DNA of 63,634 bases, filler included, from Hausera hauseri (Eukaryota), in the NCBI GenBank assembly GCA_046269625.1. It is 12 parts of 12 records of this genome, joined end to end, with 100 filler letters (N's around TTAATTAATTAA, not from the genome) between each part and the next. Parts side by side here need not be neighbours in the genome. Positions count along the whole stretch, not along the records: positions 59,520 to 63,634 come from JBJURY010751542.1; 11 more parts are not named here. One strand, given 5' to 3'. Below the pieces are notes generated by a model. That model saw only the letters and a program-made list of their open reading frames with translations, did no database searches and was not told the DNA's origin. The position numbers and the translations under genes were made by a program. Of the stretch, positions 59,850 to 63,634 are shown in pieces. How positions within the stretch are numbered: the first letter of the stretch is position 1; the number at the start of each line of letters is the position of its first letter.

Positions 59850-62800
59850 AGGACAGGATAAAGACAGGCCATAAGCAATCTGCAAAGTGATCTCTTAACC
59901 ATTGTTAGTACCCCTCAAATTTAATTTACGGATTATAAATGAAGTTTCTTCCTTTAAATTGTCGGAAACTGACAATCGGTTTAGCGACACATCTGGGGAT
60001 TTATTAATTTCAATATGCTGATTTCAAAAATGAACTTTATTTTTTGATAAGGTAAAAGGAACACCCCCTGTTTGACTTCGAAAATACCAAAAATTGCCGT
60101 TTTTCACGATTTTTCAAAAAATTCGTCCCCCGGTTTACTTATCAGTTTTACTGCAAATAAAACAAGCTTTTGCTTAAAATTGTTCAATATTTACTTAAAA
60201 CTCCATAACGTATTACAGTACAAGAAAAGTTAGTTACAATGCTTTTCATACCAATTCTAAGAGGTCCACATAACGACCATTTACACGTGAAAGTCCTGCT
60301 TAGACTTAAAGGAAGGTATCAGTTCCCTGGACTTCAGTATTGATCTAATATAACCGTCTCTCAGCTCCATACCATAACGGTGAGAAGACGCCTCTGTCAT
60401 CATCTTCACACAACGTTCAGCACTCTGTGAGTGGCATGGTATCTCGAAAATTATGGGTTGTTGAGCGAATATTTCCAACTGTTCAATAGACAACTTCATG
60501 GTGAGCAAAGGTTAACAGACACCTTCTGGTGAAAATAGATCTTGTAGTATATCGACAGATTCGTTGACCTTAGGAGACACGAACTATCTGACTTGTTGCT
60601 GACTGGATGACGGAGATTGTCGGATTGACGTGATTCTGTCGATGATCGCCTGACGAGTCGACTAGTTTCCAACCACCAACATTTCCAACAGAACTTTCTC
60701 TTCGTGAGCCCACTGGGCATTCTTCTGAATGACGGGACAAACGATGTTCTTAATGTCACTATGGAGCGTTCTCTGTAACTGGACTGATGCGAGAAAGTGC
60801 CGTCATGATGTGCATGGTGGACGACACTAAATATCGAACCACATCGGTGGTTCGAACTTGGTCAGGAAGCAGAATTCTAGACTCGGTTCTTCTGTCGACA
60901 CATACAGACGACAGAATTTGCTGGCTGTTGTCACTAATCTTGTCTCTGACAGTGGTCCTGGCTTTTCATGCAAGAGACCGTTACTGATGGCGCCATTATG
61001 TATTGCTAAAATCATTCTGTACAGGTATGCCTGGTCACAGCTGATGTCATCGTAGTCGATGTCTGGGAAGGTAATATCGATGGCCTGAAATCTTTGACAA
61101 AGACAAAAGCTCACACGAAGACAGCAACTTGCCGGCGGAACCCTTCCACAGACTTGATCTTTGAGATGGGCCAATGAGCCTCTGGCACAAGTGCCGGAAA
61201 GGGAGCTCATTTAAATGCAGACTACAGACAAACCAATACAAAGGAAATCCAAGCCCACGTTTCACTAGACGAATGTCTCCTGTTTTATGTTCCCTGTTAA
61301 CTGCCGTGCTGTCAGCACTTAGTGCGACGACTTTACTAGTGATTTCCACTTCTTCTAAGGCGTGGTAAAGTTCATCTGAAATGACAGCACCACTTCCTCG
61401 TTCTAGTGTCCGATGGCTAAAATAGTAATCTCCAGGTTCTCCGACTAGAATGTAGTGATCCTCAACTTACTTTGTCTCATACCGTTTTTCATCAATCTTC
61501 TCCTTCACTAAAGTCTGGTCTTTTCGTTCACCAAAAATACAAGTTAATTTTCTCATCTGCAAATGACACTTCTTTCAAATCCTTTCGCCCTTTCCAATGT
61601 GCCCTCCATACTTTAAGATGATCAACGATGTTTGTTCGATCATCTGCCGTGACGATTCCAAAATCGATCAAGGTAGCAGCACTGATGGCTGCAGCAGCCC
61701 TGTTGCAAACACCATAGTAATCGGCCTCTAGAGTGACTGTTGGAATTTGTGTGAAGTTCCTCTCGGTAGTGTTATTTTCGTCATCGCTATCACCTTTCCC
61801 ATCATGAACTCGCTCGTCTTCTGACTCTGATTTCACTTCGCTTAACTCTATTTCATCAGTAGATGAAACATCTTGGTCCGTTTCTAGCTTTCTTCTTTTT
61901 TGCCCTCCCTGTCTTAACGCTGCCATCCTCTCCTGTAGTGATCTTCGTATTTCCATCAGTACAGTCACCCTTTTGTCCATTTAACCGATCTGTATCTTTG
62001 ATCAGTCAAAAAATCACGTTCTCGCCGTGGAACTTTCATGTCTTTCTCACGCGAACATTCCGACAAGTCCTCACACTTACAGCCAGCAATATCAAACAGA
62101 CTGTTGAGACTTTCTGTGAACTTCTTCGTCTTTCCTGCCACTCTGCCGTGTCTTGTTGATGTTGACCCTCCTTCTTTTAGTCGACGTAACTTGGTTTTCA
62201 CGTTATTCAGCAATTGCGTTGGAATGCCTGATTGATTCCAAAGGTGAATAATGGCCTCGGCTAATTGAGGAATAACTGTTTTGTTACTGGCGTACTTGTT
62301 TTCTTTTAAAAGGAAATGTCTCACAGCTTGAGAGCGTTTCGGTGATTCAGTAAGCAGAAGCTCAGGTAAAGGGCTTCCGTAGACGCTATGACTGGCAACC
62401 AGACGTGTCTTCGGTTTACTGTTATTCATTCGTGAATCTGATCTTGAACATCAATTATATTATTACAGTCTACAACATTATGTAATTATAAGAATAATGA
62501 GGGAATCTAGTCAATATGAGAAATATTTAAAATAAATTTAAGTTGAAATAACTGATGCTCCAATAACTGTTTACTTTGTACACTACACAATTCCCATATT
62601 TGTAATGTGGGCGATTTTGAGGCACATCTGAGAGTTTCTTTACTTAACCACACTGATTTCAAAAATAAACTTTATTTTTTGGTAAAACAAACGGAACAAA
62701 TGGACATTCTATTTGCTAAATTTTAATTAAGGCGCCATCTAGTGAGTATATAAAAAGCTATTCAGCGAAAACTACTCACGCAATTCACATTTGTGATTTT

Positions 62801-62935
62801 GAAGTAAAAACAGGGTGTGTTCCGCTTGTCATGGAACATTTTAGAGTTCATTTTTGAAATCAGCGTGGTCGACTGTACAAAACCTCAGCTGTGCCTCAAA
62901 ATTGGAGAAAATGTAATATATATCGCTACGCCCTA
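59850..62935 (-). mobile_element. hAT-superfamily (hATx-like) transposon, near full length, decayed
   Basis: DSTAVN..WFVCSLHLNELPFRHL, DQAYLY, PGPLSETRLVTTA, PCHSQSAERCVKMMTEAS; terminus TAGGGCG at 62935; subterminal CTGATTTCAAAAAT at ~60018, ~62653 and inverted at ~62850. Confidence 0.85.
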
Positions 62936-62949
62936 CTTAACTATTATGG

Positions 62950-63634
62950 TATGGGTGAGTCAAAAGTTCTTACGGGCAAAGTTTAAAATTTAGAAATTAC
63001 TATTTAATAGTTACTGCGGTATACACGGGAAATTTGACTCACCTTGATTCTGTTTTGATTATTATATGTCTTTAGATAAATTGACATCGCATTTATCTTT
63101 GAGGAGAAAATAATGGCAACGAGTTGGGCTATAGCATTTGACAATAATGAAAAAAGCCGCCGTCTGTTTGTTGATAGAATTAATAAAGCAGCTCGTCCAA
63201 ATAGAACAATCGCATTTTGGAAAAGAAAATTAATTGAATCTGGATCACTGGCAGAAGATGGAACCAGAAATGAAAGACCCATTACCGCTTCTGATGATGA
63301 TAAAGTCGTAGATATTGTTCATTCAGTTTACGCTGATTCAACATTGTCCATGCGCAGATTATCCGAAGAATGTAATGTTTCTCATTCCCCAGTGTTTCGT
63401 GTTCTAAAGTAAAATATCACCCATACAAACCTGCCTATTCACTATTTCTAAGTGATGGGGATGATGACAGGAAAAGTGAATTTGCTAAATCATTCAGCGA
63501 AAATTTAATGAAGATCCAGCTTTTTATCGGTAGCTAACCTTTTCTGATGAATGTTTGTTTACCCTGACTGGTTCAGTCAATAAGCATAATGTGCATTTCT
63601 GGGGTTCAGAGAACCCACATACCAGGTATCGTAA
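62950..63634 (+). mobile_element. Tc1/mariner-superfamily transposase (DUF4817-type HTH), truncated by window end
   Basis: ESGSLAE..RP, SMRRLS, HPYK, TFSDECLFTLTGSVNKHNVHFWGSENPH; TIR-like GGGTGAGTCAAAAGT. Confidence 0.85.

Overview
Eukaryotic (animal) DNA, not one continuous locus. The window is 12 short contigs joined by an artificial 100-bp spacer (N44-TTAATTAATTAA-N44), so adjacency only means something within a contig. Most of it is decayed mobile DNA: Ty3/Gypsy LTR retrotransposons, Polinton/Maverick pPolB, capsid and termini, hAT, mariner/Tc1, piggyBac and Rex1. It also holds pseudogenised host-gene fragments (WDR81-like, CNOT1, DNAH5-type dynein, a Pax6 homeobox, RING fingers), one intact 914-codon exon rich in TQT-like motifs, and a ~6 kb teleost-like segment. 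Main discovery candidate: a CsRn1/Kabuki-like Ty3/Gypsy family, present in five contigs. All four visible Gag 5' ends carry a ubiquitin-like domain directly before Gag (ending FRIRGG, FRIRGG, FRCRGG and YRLPGE). Three of them are preceded by different co-oriented cargo instead of an LTR/PBS: FN3-like-TM-ankyrin plus pseudo-exonuclease-RING-chromodomain; BEACH/WD40 partly in frame with the Ubl; and dynein plus CNOT1 fragments. A second, unrelated Gypsy has pol flanked in frame by a TM/PSAP region and a signal-peptide/FN3-like/furin-site env-like extension. All domain calls come from by-eye motif recognition and manual translation; no database search was run.
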